Notes: a model not told the origin generated them from the letters alone. Counted from the stretch's first letter, positions 14,821 through 24,270 are shown. The stretch is 37,092 bases of DNA from Bacteroidia bacterium (GCA_025450395.1 JANWHK010000145.1:1-37092), one strand, 5' to 3'. Made by a program: numbers and translations.

Positions 14821-16524
14821 ATGAGTGTGAAACCGCATAAAAGAGCTTTGCGTCTGGTCATCTGGATCATTTCAATTGGGTTTATTGCTTTTGTAGGGCT
14901 GCATCTCAGCTTTGTTTTTTATTTTAATGGCAAGATATGCAGGGACCTTCAAAAGGAGTTTCTCAGGCAAACCCATGGAGAGTATGAACTGCAGATAGAA
15001 AAACTGGTTACAAACATATTCCTGAAATCCGTTTATCTTAAGGGCATAAATGTAAGTCCGGTGGCGGGTCTACGCACTGAAGCAACCAAATATCATATAT
15101 CAGCGGCTAATATAAATCTTGAGAATTTTAGCCTGTTTTTATTTCTGACCCAAAGGGATATGAAATTTAAAAGGCTTGAACTTGCAGAACCAAAAGTTAT
15201 CATTTTCAGGAATAATGTTGACATAGAGCCTGATCATCCCAAGGTAAAAAAAGCACAGTTCTCTCTTTATATGTTGCTGAAGAATCATATTCATTCATTG
15301 AGTGTGAGAAAAATACAGATGCGCAACGCGGAAATTAAAGTCTACGTGGATGATAAGGATTCCATATTATTGCTCAACAGCAAGGATAATGAGTTGCATA
15401 TTTCCGAGCTTAGTATTGATGAAGTGTCAGAGCGGGCGGGGCACTTGTTCCTGGCTGAAAAGATACAACTGGCCATCCACAAGTTTTCCTTTACAACGCT
15501 TGACAGCCTGTATACAGTGCGTGTAAGCAAGGTGTTTGCCTCTTATACAGATTCATCCGTATCGATGGATTCAGTCAGGCTTATTCCTAATTATTCACGC
15601 AGGCATTTTGCCGGGGCAGCAGGTGAACAGACAGACAGGATGAAGATATCAGCCTTAAAAGTAGAATTCAACAGGATGGATGTCAAACTGTTTTTTGAAA
15701 AAAACTGGTTTATCGCCAGGCAGCTAAAAATAACCAACTTTAACCTGGAGGCATACAGGGATAAAAACGATTCAAGAAAGCCGCATACCCCCCGTTCGAT
15801 ACAAGCACTTATCAAGAACATTCCGGTGTATATCAGGATAGATTCCATCTGTGTGAATCATGCTAAATGTACCTACGAAGAAGTTGCAGAGGGAGCATCT
15901 GAACCTGGTAAAATCTCTTTTAACAATGTGCATGCTGTGATAACCGGGTTCACGAACAGGCAATCGGGAAATGCAAAGTATGCAGTCCTGGCAGTACATG
16001 CCTCCTGCATGTTGATGAATACAGGCAAGCTGAGGGTTTATTATGGGTTCCCGTTAAATACTGAAAAGATGGTTTTTGATTGTTCGGGATACTTGCAGGG
16101 CATGCCTTTTACGGAGTTGAACAAGGTGCTGGAGCCTATTGCAAAAGTATCAATTTTGCAGGGTGAGATCGATTCAATGATCTTTTCTTTTCACGCGGGT
16201 GACGTCAGTTCTGAAGGCACAATGAAACTGTTGTACCATGACCTGAAGATACAGATACTTAAAAAGAAGGACAAACTTTTTGTGCGGGAGCAGCTTCTTT
16301 CTTTCCTTGCGCACAGATTAATCATTAAGGAACAAAACCCCTCAGGGAACAGGCCGGTACGCATTACCAGGATACATCACCGCCGTGATGAGGATCGTTT
16401 TATTTTCAATTATTCATTAAAATCGATCTTAAGTGGGATCAAAACTACGATTGGGATGCCTGACTCAGATAAAATGAAAATAATTGATAAATTAAAAGGG
16501 AAACGTAAAAGGAACAGAGATTAG
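14821..16524 (+). CDS. N-terminally anchored 567-aa protein, possibly AsmA/DUF748-like
   Basis: A single N-terminal TM (LVIWIISIGFIAFVGLHLSFVFYF) is followed by a long beta-rich region and a basic C-terminus. The family call is tentative. Confidence 0.55.
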   Translation: MSVKPHKRALRLVIWIISIGFIAFVGLHLSFVFYFNGKICRDLQKEFLRQTHGEYELQIEKLVTNIFLKSVYLKGINVSPVAGLRTEATKYHISAANINLENFSLFLFLTQRDMKFKRLELAEPKVIIFRNNVDIEPDHPKVKKAQFSLYMLLKNHIHSLSVRKIQMRNAEIKVYVDDKDSILLLNSKDNELHISELSIDEVSERAGHLFLAEKIQLAIHKFSFTTLDSLYTVRVSKVFASYTDSSVSMDSVRLIPNYSRRHFAGAAGEQTDRMKISALKVEFNRMDVKLFFEKNWFIARQLKITNFNLEAYRDKNDSRKPHTPRSIQALIKNIPVYIRIDSICVNHAKCTYEEVAEGASEPGKISFNNVHAVITGFTNRQSGNAKYAVLAVHASCMLMNTGKLRVYYGFPLNTEKMVFDCSGYLQGMPFTELNKVLEPIAKVSILQGEIDSMIFSFHAGDVSSEGTMKLLYHDLKIQILKKKDKLFVREQLLSFLAHRLIIKEQNPSGNRPVRITRIHHRRDEDRFIFNYSLKSILSGIKTTIGMPDSDKMKIIDKLKGKRKRNRD

Positions 16525-18353
16525 TCATACCCTACGGTGCTTGGTTTCCCAACGTCAAAACTCCTGACCTTTAGTGTGAAACTTCCAATGGGGTTAAACT
16601 TAAACACATCCCTTCCGCCTCCCGGCAATTCAGGATAAAAGCCGACTGTAAATTCAAAACTACTGTTCAGCAGGTTTTCATTCCTGAGCAAAGCGCCGAT
16701 TGAATAGGCCTGGTAGATCTTGCTCGAAAGGTATTTTTTTGTATCAGATTCAAGCATGCCAAAACCTATGAATGCGATTGGCGCAAATTTAAACCCTATG
16801 ATATTGTACGGTGCATAAGCCACGGCTTCCAGGTTGAGTATCATCTTGCCGGTACCCAGCAGGTCACCGGGGTCAAAACCATACATTTCTCCAGGCTTGA
16901 GCGTAATGCGTTCATATGGTTCCTTATTCAGGCCATGTACAAATTTATAGTTCACAAAGTTCCGAAAATACCATTTTCCCTTCTGTTTGAGGTCGCTGAA
17001 GTAAAATACGCTTGCATTGATGGTGGAATTATTTTTAACACCGGTTTTGTAATAGGTGCCATAAATGAAACTTCCCGAAAAATATCCAAACTTTTTATAA
17101 TGGCTTCCGTGTGAAACCTCAAATCCTGAATAATAACGGACGCCTTTGAGCTCTTTCTGAATGACGCCATAAATGGCTTGTATCAATAATCCTTCAGGTA
17201 CATCCTCGTTGGCACCAAATCGGTAGATAAACTGGTCCTTATAATATTTCCTGAGTGAATAACCGATGTTGGCCAGGTAAATATCCGTATGTACATTCAG
17301 CATATTGGTATCGATGGCGAATGATGGCCTTTGGAGATAACGGAGTTCGGAATATCTTAGGCCCGTGATGATATTGCTGTTTTTTTCAGTACGTTTCCTT
17401 TTTCCCAATGCATAACTTCTTGCCAGCCAGAAGTCATAATTGTAATAATCGAGCGGGACATATCTTTCCTTGGGTTCCACCGTGTCGGTGTATAGATAGC
17501 GACCCCAGATCCTGTTGCCTTCGACACCTCCCGCCCAACGCGTAAGCGGTGAATAAAAAGGCCGGTTAAATGATATCCCTATTTTTGTTTCCGCCTTTGT
17601 AGTGGCATAATACAGGTTTGAAGTAATAAAAGTATTTTTGATATTTGAGATATTGTAGTTACCCCTGTAATCATATCCTGTAGTCGTATAATAACCAATC
17701 CTTTGTTCATACGTATGCCCCAGTCCGCTGAGATTTCGGTCCCTGAAACGGATCCAGCCACCGGTGGTTCCACCGCTTACAGTCACATCCAGGCTCCATT
17801 TGTCGAGTACCTTCACTACCACATCCACACTGTCAGCTTTCCTGTCACCTACAATGGTGATACGGGCATCATTGATATATCCTGCCTGCCTCAACAACCT
17901 TTCAGACTCGGTAATCCTGATGAGTTGCACCGTGTCATCGGGGCCAAAAAGAAGTATATTCCGGATGATGCGGTGACGTGTCCTGATGTGTAACTTGTTG
18001 CCGGTTCTCTGGAGTTTATTGGTATTCCGGGTGAAGGTGTCATTCACAGAATAACCGAAGGGGTTATATACTATGATGGTGATAGTCCGGATGATCTTGC
18101 CTACGTATTTTGCATTCGGGTCCCTTTTTTTCTGTTCATTTGATAAAGGTTTTTTCTCGTATTGCTGACGTATCGGTTCTACGAAAATCGCTTCATACAG
18201 CAATTTGCTTACTTTGTGCTTGGACGCAGATCTTTTTATTTTTTTATAAATATTCAGGGTGTCCCTTTCCTGGGCATGCAGTCCGGCGAAGGAAAACAAT
18301 ATCAAACAAAGAAGTAAGCGTCTGTAGTATTTAATTGCTATGGCCTTCGACAT
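16521..18353 (-). CDS. Omp85-family (BamA/TamA-like) outer-membrane protein
   Basis: Signal peptide ending GLHAQ, a POTRA-like segment (ITESERLLRQAGYINDARITIV...VDVVVKV), and a Tyr/Gly-rich beta-barrel region. Confidence 0.65.
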   Translation of the reverse strand: MSKAIAIKYYRRLLLCLILFSFAGLHAQERDTLNIYKKIKRSASKHKVSKLLYEAIFVEPIRQQYEKKPLSNEQKKRDPNAKYVGKIIRTITIIVYNPFGYSVNDTFTRNTNKLQRTGNKLHIRTRHRIIRNILLFGPDDTVQLIRITESERLLRQAGYINDARITIVGDRKADSVDVVVKVLDKWSLDVTVSGGTTGGWIRFRDRNLSGLGHTYEQRIGYYTTTGYDYRGNYNISNIKNTFITSNLYYATTKAETKIGISFNRPFYSPLTRWAGGVEGNRIWGRYLYTDTVEPKERYVPLDYYNYDFWLARSYALGKRKRTEKNSNIITGLRYSELRYLQRPSFAIDTNMLNVHTDIYLANIGYSLRKYYKDQFIYRFGANEDVPEGLLIQAIYGVIQKELKGVRYYSGFEVSHGSHYKKFGYFSGSFIYGTYYKTGVKNNSTINASVFYFSDLKQKGKWYFRNFVNYKFVHGLNKEPYERITLKPGEMYGFDPGDLLGTGKMILNLEAVAYAPYNIIGFKFAPIAFIGFGMLESDTKKYLSSKIYQAYSIGALLRNENLLNSSFEFTVGFYPELPGGGRDVFKFNPIGSFTLKVRSFDVGKPSTVGYD

Positions 18354-18426
18354 TATATCATGTATTTGTAAAGATAAACAAATATATTGATTTTAAGCGA
18401 TAGGCCAGGCTAAAATCAAGGAACAT

Positions 18427-18885
18427 TTAAGAACCCATGAACAGGGCCTCGTCGACTCTGTCCCTGTCTATCCTTTTTTCCTCTTCCTCGTCCAGTTTTT
18501 TCTGTTTTATTTTTTTGTTTAGCAGAAGTTTGAGCAGGCCGGTCCCTGCAGATTTTATGAGCTCTGATTTCTTTGATACAACATTCGTAACGCCAAATTG
18601 CAATAAAGTTCCAAGCAGGTTCTTAAGAGGGTTGTGAGTGGATCCTACTACCATTTTTTTGGTGAGATATCCGGTGCCCAGGCCAACAGCGTAATTCACG
18701 AGATTGTTTTTTAAATCAGGCGACTCAGTTATTTCGTTAACTGCATTCCTGATCAGGTTGGCTGGTTTAAGGCTCACCTGCATGAGATGGAATTGTTCCT
18801 TCATTATATTCTTTTCCAGGGCGCATTGCGTTTCCAGGTTCTTGATTTTTGTGTCAAGTGATTCTTTATAGTTGATTGGTGGCAT
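18427..18885 (-). CDS. hypothetical protein of the stress cluster
   Basis: ATG ORF lying 14 nt downstream of the Holin-X-like gene on the same strand. Amphipathic and Gly-rich in the middle, with a charged C-terminus. Confidence 0.55.
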   Translation of the reverse strand: MPPINYKESLDTKIKNLETQCALEKNIMKEQFHLMQVSLKPANLIRNAVNEITESPDLKNNLVNYAVGLGTGYLTKKMVVGSTHNPLKNLLGTLLQFGVTNVVSKKSELIKSAGTGLLKLLLNKKIKQKKLDEEEEKRIDRDRVDEALFMGS

Positions 18886-18899
18886 AATGTATAATATCG

Positions 18900-19241
18900 T
18901 TAATTAAGTATGTGCCTGATGATCGAATTGCTGACAGGAGTTTTAACAAGTTGTTTTCTGCCAGCGAGGAAAATGATCGTGACCAGCAGGTAAACTCCGG
19001 CAACGACAAAGAATCCCATGTAGGGTTTTCCAAGATAATCTCCAATCCACAAGGATAATCCGATGCTGAGTATAAAGATGAAAAGTACTGTAATCACTAC
19101 TATTGCCAGGTCGGCGACCAGGGAGGATACAGTTTCGGAGATGGTCCTTATGGCTTTTAATTTCATTAATTCAATGCTGCTTTTTCCATAATTTTCAGCA
19201 CTGTCGGCGAGGGATTCCAATATCGTTGTTTTGTCTTCCAT
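18900..19241 (-). CDS. Holin-X / phage-holin-3_6-like two-TM membrane protein
   Basis: An N-terminal amphipathic helix followed by two TM helices is the typical layout of PF07332-like proteins found beside YtxH genes. Confidence 0.6.
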   Translation of the reverse strand: MEDKTTILESLADSAENYGKSSIELMKLKAIRTISETVSSLVADLAIVVITVLFIFILSIGLSLWIGDYLGKPYMGFFVVAGVYLLVTIIFLAGRKQLVKTPVSNSIIRHILN

Positions 19242-19279
19242 GATTTTTTTGTTTTTAATTTATTTAAAAATAGACCTGT

Positions 19280-19525
19280 TCAGGCTGTATAAATGTCTTC
19301 TGCCTTTGAACTGCCTGATTTGTTATCTTTGACGGATTCAAACTGCTGCATGTGTTTCTCACGCCAATGTGCAAATTTGTGTTTGATGTCAAGTGCATAA
19401 TCTCCACCTTTCTTCACGATTTTTTTCCTGGTTTCAACTCCTTTATCCGGTGCAAATAATATCCCTATGGCGGCACCAACTGCAACGCCAGCCAATACGC
19501 TTAACAGTACTTTACCTGATGTCAT
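19280..19525 (-). CDS. YtxH domain protein
   Basis: GKVLLSVLAGVAVGAAIGILFAPDKGVETRKK is the YtxH signature. Confidence 0.85.
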   Translation of the reverse strand: MTSGKVLLSVLAGVAVGAAIGILFAPDKGVETRKKIVKKGGDYALDIKHKFAHWREKHMQQFESVKDNKSGSSKAEDIYTA

Positions 19526-19553
19526 AATTCTTTAATTTAGCGGTTATGTTGAT

Positions 19554-19709
19554 TTATATTGGTTTTTTACCCTCGAGAAGCCTCATCAAGATTGAAATAA
19601 TTGCAAACACCAGCAGTACATGGATCATGGAGCCCAAGGTATAAATAAAGAATCCTATGGTCCAAAAAACAAGTAGGATGATTGCAATTAAATAAAGTAG
19701 GTTTCCCAT
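19554..19709 (-). CDS. lmo0937-family small membrane protein (51 aa; below the ORF-track cutoff)
   Basis: Hand translation gives MGNLLYLIAIILLVFWTIGFFIYTLGSMIHVLLVFAIISILMRLLEGKKPI. This is the two-TM pattern typical of that family. Confidence 0.65.
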   Translation of the reverse strand: MGNLLYLIAIILLVFWTIGFFIYTLGSMIHVLLVFAIISILMRLLEGKKPI

Positions 19710-19720
19710 GGTTTTAAAGT

Positions 19721-20068
19721 TTAAAATTCTTCATCATCATCCATTGATTCATCATCGCGGATGTCCTCGTCAAAATCTTCGTCATCATCGGGAGAAGGTC
19801 TTCCTTTGTATATATTCTCCTTTTTATAAGTATTTCCGGTCTGGTTCGCTATATCCCTTTCATTTTTGACATGTGCTGTTTCTTCAGGGTAATCCCAGTC
19901 TTTCCTTCTTCCTTCAGGGTTTTGACCTCGGGGTTTTTTCTGCTGCATCTCATCTGACTCTGGTGATTTGCCGCTTGGTTTCTCATGTTGACGATTACCT
20001 GGATAATCTTGGTTTTTTTGATTTGCAGGGTTCATCCGGCCCTGTGGTTCTTTTTGTTTGTCTTTCAT
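19721..20068 (-). CDS. hydrophilic, predicted intrinsically disordered protein with acidic C-terminus
   Basis: No hydrophobic core, rich in Q/N/K/E/P, C-terminus DDDEDFDEDIRDDESMDDDEEF. The N-terminus MKDKQKEPQG resembles that of 21109-21486. Confidence 0.55.
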   Translation of the reverse strand: MKDKQKEPQGRMNPANQKNQDYPGNRQHEKPSGKSPESDEMQQKKPRGQNPEGRRKDWDYPEETAHVKNERDIANQTGNTYKKENIYKGRPSPDDDEDFDEDIRDDESMDDDEEF

Positions 20069-20303
20069 GATGTATTTATTTAGAAGTTGTTTGATATGAA
20101 GCCTGGTATCTTACATTATTTTTCAATTTTTCTCAAAAATTCCATGCTGTGTCAAGGTGTATCAGCATGCCAAACAGTAGTACAAAGATGGATTTGTCAT
20201 GCTTAAGAAGGGTTATATTATTACCTTGAAATGTTGTAAAATTTCCATTGGGTTCCGAGTCAATAATTGTCAGGTTATGAGAATGGTAAGTTTGAATGAC
20301 AAC

Positions 20304-20356
20304 GCTGTCACCCTGAGGCTGTCATCCTGAGCTTGTCGAAGGGTCGAAGGGTCGGT
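20304..20356. repeat. REP-like element (GCTGTCAYCCTGAG x2, GTCGAAGG x2)
   Basis: gctgtcaccctgag-gctgtcatcctgag-cttgtcgaagggtcgaagggtcgg. The GTCATCCTGAGCTTGTCGAAGGG-type motif is, from memory, a common dispersed intergenic repeat in Bacteroidota. Confidence 0.6.
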
Positions 20357-20464
20357 ACGTCCTAAGTATTACTTCCGGAACGCTGGGACTTGATGGTATT
20401 CAGGGCCTCGCGGATGCCGTTGAGATAATTTTTAAATGTTAATGATATTTTAATTTAAAACAAA

Positions 20465-20539
20465 CCCCCAAAGAACCAGGCCGGGGAAGCTATAGCAAAA
20501 TTTCGCAATCATGCCGTTTTCCGGTGGTTCTTTGTGGGG
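20465..20539. other. long imperfect hairpin (about 18 bp stem, 36-nt loop)
   Basis: CCCCCAAAGAACCA..CCGG (20465-20484) pairs with CCGGTGGTTCTTTGTGGGG (20521-20539), with two small bulges. Confidence 0.5.
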
Positions 20540-20809
20540 TGCCCCGTCAATAGGGATTAATGTATGAATCTATAAAATGTTCTCAATGCAAGGATTCCGG
20601 GATATATTGAAACCATGATTTAATGTTTCCCGGGGGCTGCAGTCTATATCGTGATAGTAACCTTAACCCAATCCGTTACACAACAACCTTCATTATGTGG
20701 GTGATCATAGGTAGAGGGCCGGTATTGTGATAACCTGATTTTCATTGGATATTCACTTTATTCATTCATACGCATAATACTATTGATCGGAAGCTCGTAA
20801 AAATAAGCG

Positions 20810-21082
20810 TCACGATGTTTTCAAATCCCTTTTCAGTTCTTCTGTTTTTGACTTGCCTTTGTCCACCAGGTTCCTTGCGTCTTCTTTAAGTGATTCAATT
20901 TTTTCAGAACCCATTTCACTCCATTCGTCAAACCTGTCCTTCAAATCCTGGGTAGCAGCGTCGCGTTTCCTGAGGATCTTTTTGCGGGTTTCTGACCCTT
21001 TGTCCGGGGCGAATAATACGCCCAGGGTGGCACCGGCGGCAATGCCTGCCAATACACCCAATAATACTTTTCCGTTTGCCAT
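20810..21082 (-). CDS. YtxH domain protein (second copy)
   Basis: GKVLLGVLAGIAAGATLGVLFAPDKGSETRKK. Confidence 0.85.
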   Translation of the reverse strand: MANGKVLLGVLAGIAAGATLGVLFAPDKGSETRKKILRKRDAATQDLKDRFDEWSEMGSEKIESLKEDARNLVDKGKSKTEELKRDLKTS

Positions 21083-21108
21083 AACTTTGTTGTTAATTTC
21101 TTTATTTA

Positions 21109-21486
21109 TTACATATCATGCTTGAAATCGTCATCACTTTCAGGTGTTTTATGTTCATGCGGATGTTTAATTTCCTTGACTTCCTGTTCCTCATTCTCTT
21201 CCTCTTCTTCATTTTTTATTTCTGAAGCCTCGTTCAATGGCTGGTCTTCCGTAGTGTGCCTGTCTGCTGGTGCATGGCTGTAATCCCTGTTTTCGACATT
21301 GTTGACATTGGCTGATTCCTCTGAATAATTCCTTGTTGTTCCTGTTTTTTCAGGATTGTTTGGGTCAGGAGTATTGCCGGTAGGGGATGTTGGTGTCACT
21401 TCTCTAGCATTTTCAGGAGTGGGTTGGGTTGTTGGTTGATCAGTCAGGTTGGTTTGACCTTGTGGATCTTTTTGATCGTTTTCCAT
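21109..21486 (-). CDS. hydrophilic, predicted intrinsically disordered protein (paralog-like of 19721-20068)
   Basis: Using the internal ATG at 21486 (MENDQKDPQG...) avoids overlap with the DUF892 gene. T/P/N/E-rich with an acidic C-terminus. Confidence 0.5.
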   Translation of the reverse strand: MENDQKDPQGQTNLTDQPTTQPTPENAREVTPTSPTGNTPDPNNPEKTGTTRNYSEESANVNNVENRDYSHAPADRHTTEDQPLNEASEIKNEEEEENEEQEVKEIKHPHEHKTPESDDDFKHDM

Positions 21487-21535
21487 GGGTTTATTTATTT
21501 TATGTTGGAATAATAGTTTGTTTTCTTTTTTTAAT

Positions 21536-22147
21536 CTAGGCTGTCCTGCGTTTTTCTGAACCATAATAACCATAGATCATTTCCTCATAAGAGGCTTCAA
21601 GGTTGATGGAGGTTTTTGCAATGGATGTCAGTTCCCTTTCAGCTTCCTTCTCTTCATCAAGTGTTTGTTTTAACAATACCACGGCCTCTATTTCACCAAG
21701 AGCTTCAGCATAGACGCAAAGTGTTCCATAACTCGCTATTTCGTAATGCTCGATTTTGCGGGCAGCTGAAATAATCCCTGCATCCCTCACCAATCCTTCT
21801 TCCGTGTTTTCAATGATTTCTTCCGATTCCCTGATCAAGCCATACATCGCTTCACATTTTTTTGGTACAGCACGGGTACTTATGAGAGCGAATACTTTTT
21901 CAAGACGTGATACCTGCCCGATAGTGATGTCCAGGTGTTCACTGATTGAATTGATCAGGTCAGGGGATTGTGCATTCTTGATCATTTTTGGGAATGCCTT
22001 GATCAACGCTTTTTCGGCCCAGAGCACATCCTTAAGTTCATTTTCAAATAAGTCGCGCAATCCCTTTGCTATCTTATCAGGCCTTGATTCTGATTGCCTG
22101 ATATCCTTACTTCTTTTTTGGCTTGGTTTTAAAAAGGTGTTTTTCAT
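21536..22147 (-). CDS. DUF892 (YciE/YciF-like) ferritin-like stress protein
   Basis: LRDLFENELKDVLWAEKALIKAFPKM..., EHYEIASYGTL and LDEEKEAERELTSIA are characteristic of DUF892. Confidence 0.85.
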   Translation of the reverse strand: MKNTFLKPSQKRSKDIRQSESRPDKIAKGLRDLFENELKDVLWAEKALIKAFPKMIKNAQSPDLINSISEHLDITIGQVSRLEKVFALISTRAVPKKCEAMYGLIRESEEIIENTEEGLVRDAGIISAARKIEHYEIASYGTLCVYAEALGEIEAVVLLKQTLDEEKEAERELTSIAKTSINLEASYEEMIYGYYGSEKRRTA

Positions 22148-22291
22148 ATATGCTACTTGTTGTATTTGGATAATTTTCTGTGAACTTATTTATCATTACA
22201 AAGATGAACTGCGACTCAATCAAAACACTTACACAATTTCGGAGAAATGTTATATCTTTGCCATAAAGATATATCACTGAAAAAAAACAGT

Positions 22292-23812
22292 TTATACAGG
22301 AAGGATAAGATGGAATGAAGTGCCTTTGCCTGTCTCACTTTCCACATTGATAACACCCTGGTGGTTTTCTATGATCTTTTTGCATAATGCAAGACCTATA
22401 CCCGTTCCTTTATACTTGTTCTGGTGGTTGAGCCGGTGGAAAATCGTGAAGATTTTTTCAGCATTTTGCTGGTCAAAACCAATGCCATTATCTTTAATCG
22501 TAATTTCATGGTATGTATTGTCTTCATGTAATTCAGGATATTTTTTTATATCACCGGGTGAAAGTTCACGCGCGGATATGGTTATGATGGGTGGAACCCC
22601 TTCCTGTGAAAATTTAAGTGCATTGCCAATCAGGTTGCGGAACAGTTGTGACATCTGTACTGAATTCGCAGATATCACAGGTAACTTTTCATACTGGATA
22701 TGGGCATCCTTGTCACGAATCAATACCTCAAAATCTGTCAATATCAGTTTGAGTACGTCGTTTAGATCTGTTTTGACAAATTGTTCCTCTGAACCCACTA
22801 TCATTGAAAAGTTGAGCAGGTCTTCTATCAGCCTGGTCATGCGCTGCGAAGAAGAAATTATCTTTTCGAGATAGGCTTTGCTACCTTCAGGCATATCCTT
22901 ATTATACTGTTCCTGTATGCGGTTTGAGAATGTAATGATCTTGCGCAAGGGTTCCTGCAGGTCATGACTTGCCATAAACGCAAATTGCTGGAGTTCATTA
23001 TTGCTCTTGGCGAGGTGCATGTTCTCTTCTACAAGTGAATGGGTCCTTATACGGATCTTTTTTTCAAGTTCCTGTACAAAATTTTTCTTCCCGTGGATAT
23101 CCGTTACGGTGCCTACCCACATTTGTATCTTTCCAAGTGAATCCTTCTGAGGAATCGCGCGGCTCTCGTGCCACCTGTATTCACCGTTTGAATTGCGGAG
23201 ACGGTGCTGGATAAGTAATTCCCTGCCTGTGGCGATGGATTCAGCCCACATCTTTATACTTTCCCCTTGATCTTCGGGATGCACCAGGCTTATCCATCCC
23301 TCTTTCTGCATTTGCTCATAACCCAATCCGGAATAGTCAAATACGGCCTGGTTAAAATAATTAAAATGCCCCTTGATGTCACTGGTCCATATTTGCTGGG
23401 GTATGGAATCCGCAAGCAGGCGGAATTTTTCCTCGCTTTCCTTGAGTTCAAAGAATAAGGCTTTCAATTCCGTAATATCCTGAACAGTGCCATGTATTTT
23501 TATTGGTATCTTGTTAAGGTCATTATAAGTCATCCTGCCATAGAATTTTATCCAGCGTATGGATTTATCCTGGGTGATGATGCGCATTTCAAACTTCAAT
23601 GATTCCCTTGGATAAGCGTTTTTTATCGCATAGTCCCAAACGGGCTTGTCTTCAGGATGAAAGGCCTGAATGAAATCTGAATATGTGATCTTGGTCTGTG
23701 GATTGAAGCCTAACAGACGGTTCAGCTTTTGTGAGCTGTTGAATTCATGTGTCGCAAGGTCCCATTCGAAAGTTCCCTTTACCTGCTGATAATCAAATTT
23801 AGTGGAATTCAT
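22292..23812 (-). CDS. PAS-domain sensor histidine kinase (cytoplasmic)
   Basis: Two PAS-like regions, the H-box FAFMASHDLQEPLRKI, N-box GNALKF, G1 DNGIGF and G2 GTGIGLA. No TM segment. No adjacent response regulator. Confidence 0.9.
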   Translation of the reverse strand: MNSTKFDYQQVKGTFEWDLATHEFNSSQKLNRLLGFNPQTKITYSDFIQAFHPEDKPVWDYAIKNAYPRESLKFEMRIITQDKSIRWIKFYGRMTYNDLNKIPIKIHGTVQDITELKALFFELKESEEKFRLLADSIPQQIWTSDIKGHFNYFNQAVFDYSGLGYEQMQKEGWISLVHPEDQGESIKMWAESIATGRELLIQHRLRNSNGEYRWHESRAIPQKDSLGKIQMWVGTVTDIHGKKNFVQELEKKIRIRTHSLVEENMHLAKSNNELQQFAFMASHDLQEPLRKIITFSNRIQEQYNKDMPEGSKAYLEKIISSSQRMTRLIEDLLNFSMIVGSEEQFVKTDLNDVLKLILTDFEVLIRDKDAHIQYEKLPVISANSVQMSQLFRNLIGNALKFSQEGVPPIITISARELSPGDIKKYPELHEDNTYHEITIKDNGIGFDQQNAEKIFTIFHRLNHQNKYKGTGIGLALCKKIIENHQGVINVESETGKGTSFHLILPV

Positions 23813-24075
23813 TTTTGTATAATATTGGTGATGTAATGTGTAATTGCAATCTATCTAATACTGCCTCAAAGGAAAATCCTGTCCTGCATCACATTAAAAA
23901 TCAATTGAATGAGAAAATATACCAAAAATGATCTTTGGTTTTCAGAACTTTCATTTAACTATTCTTATCTCGAATTTAAGCATTAAATTTTAATAGTACA
24001 AAGGTTGTAAAATAAGTAATTGGAACAGTTGCATGACTTTGGTAAAATGTTATAACATTACCATTGAGGGGAACA

Positions 24076-24129
24076 TACGATATACGACATACGATATACG
24101 ATGTGATATACGATGTAGGATATACGATG
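24076..24129. repeat. heptamer repeat block (TACGATA/TACGACA/TACGATG units)
   Basis: Four contiguous units at 24076-24103, then TACGATG at 24109-24115, TAGGATA at 24116-24122 and TACGATG at 24123-24129. Confidence 0.9.
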
Positions 24130-24270
24130 TGGGTTCTTTCGTGGGAATATTGCAACTTTTTGCTTAAGTTTTGTAAAACAAATCAGTTTAAAGAAATTCA
24201 ATTTTGCATACGCCTCACCAATAGGATATTACAAGATGGCCGGGAATAAAATAAAAACAACATTTATATT

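Noticed and set aside
20250-20262. tRNA-like T-arm string GGGTTCCGAGTC
   Set aside because: No acceptor, D-arm or anticodon arm can be drawn around it, and the string does not match the GGTTCGA(A/G)TCC consensus.
20362-20454. Minus-strand fragment ...NYLNGIREALNTIKSQRSGSNT* as a gene
   Set aside because: Only ~30 codons lie between stops and there is no start codon. At best it is a relic, and it is mentioned under the non-coding gap finding.
24064-24249. 61-aa + ORF (MRGTYDIRHTIYDVIYDV...)
   Set aside because: It is a translation of the heptamer repeat array, a simple-sequence artefact.
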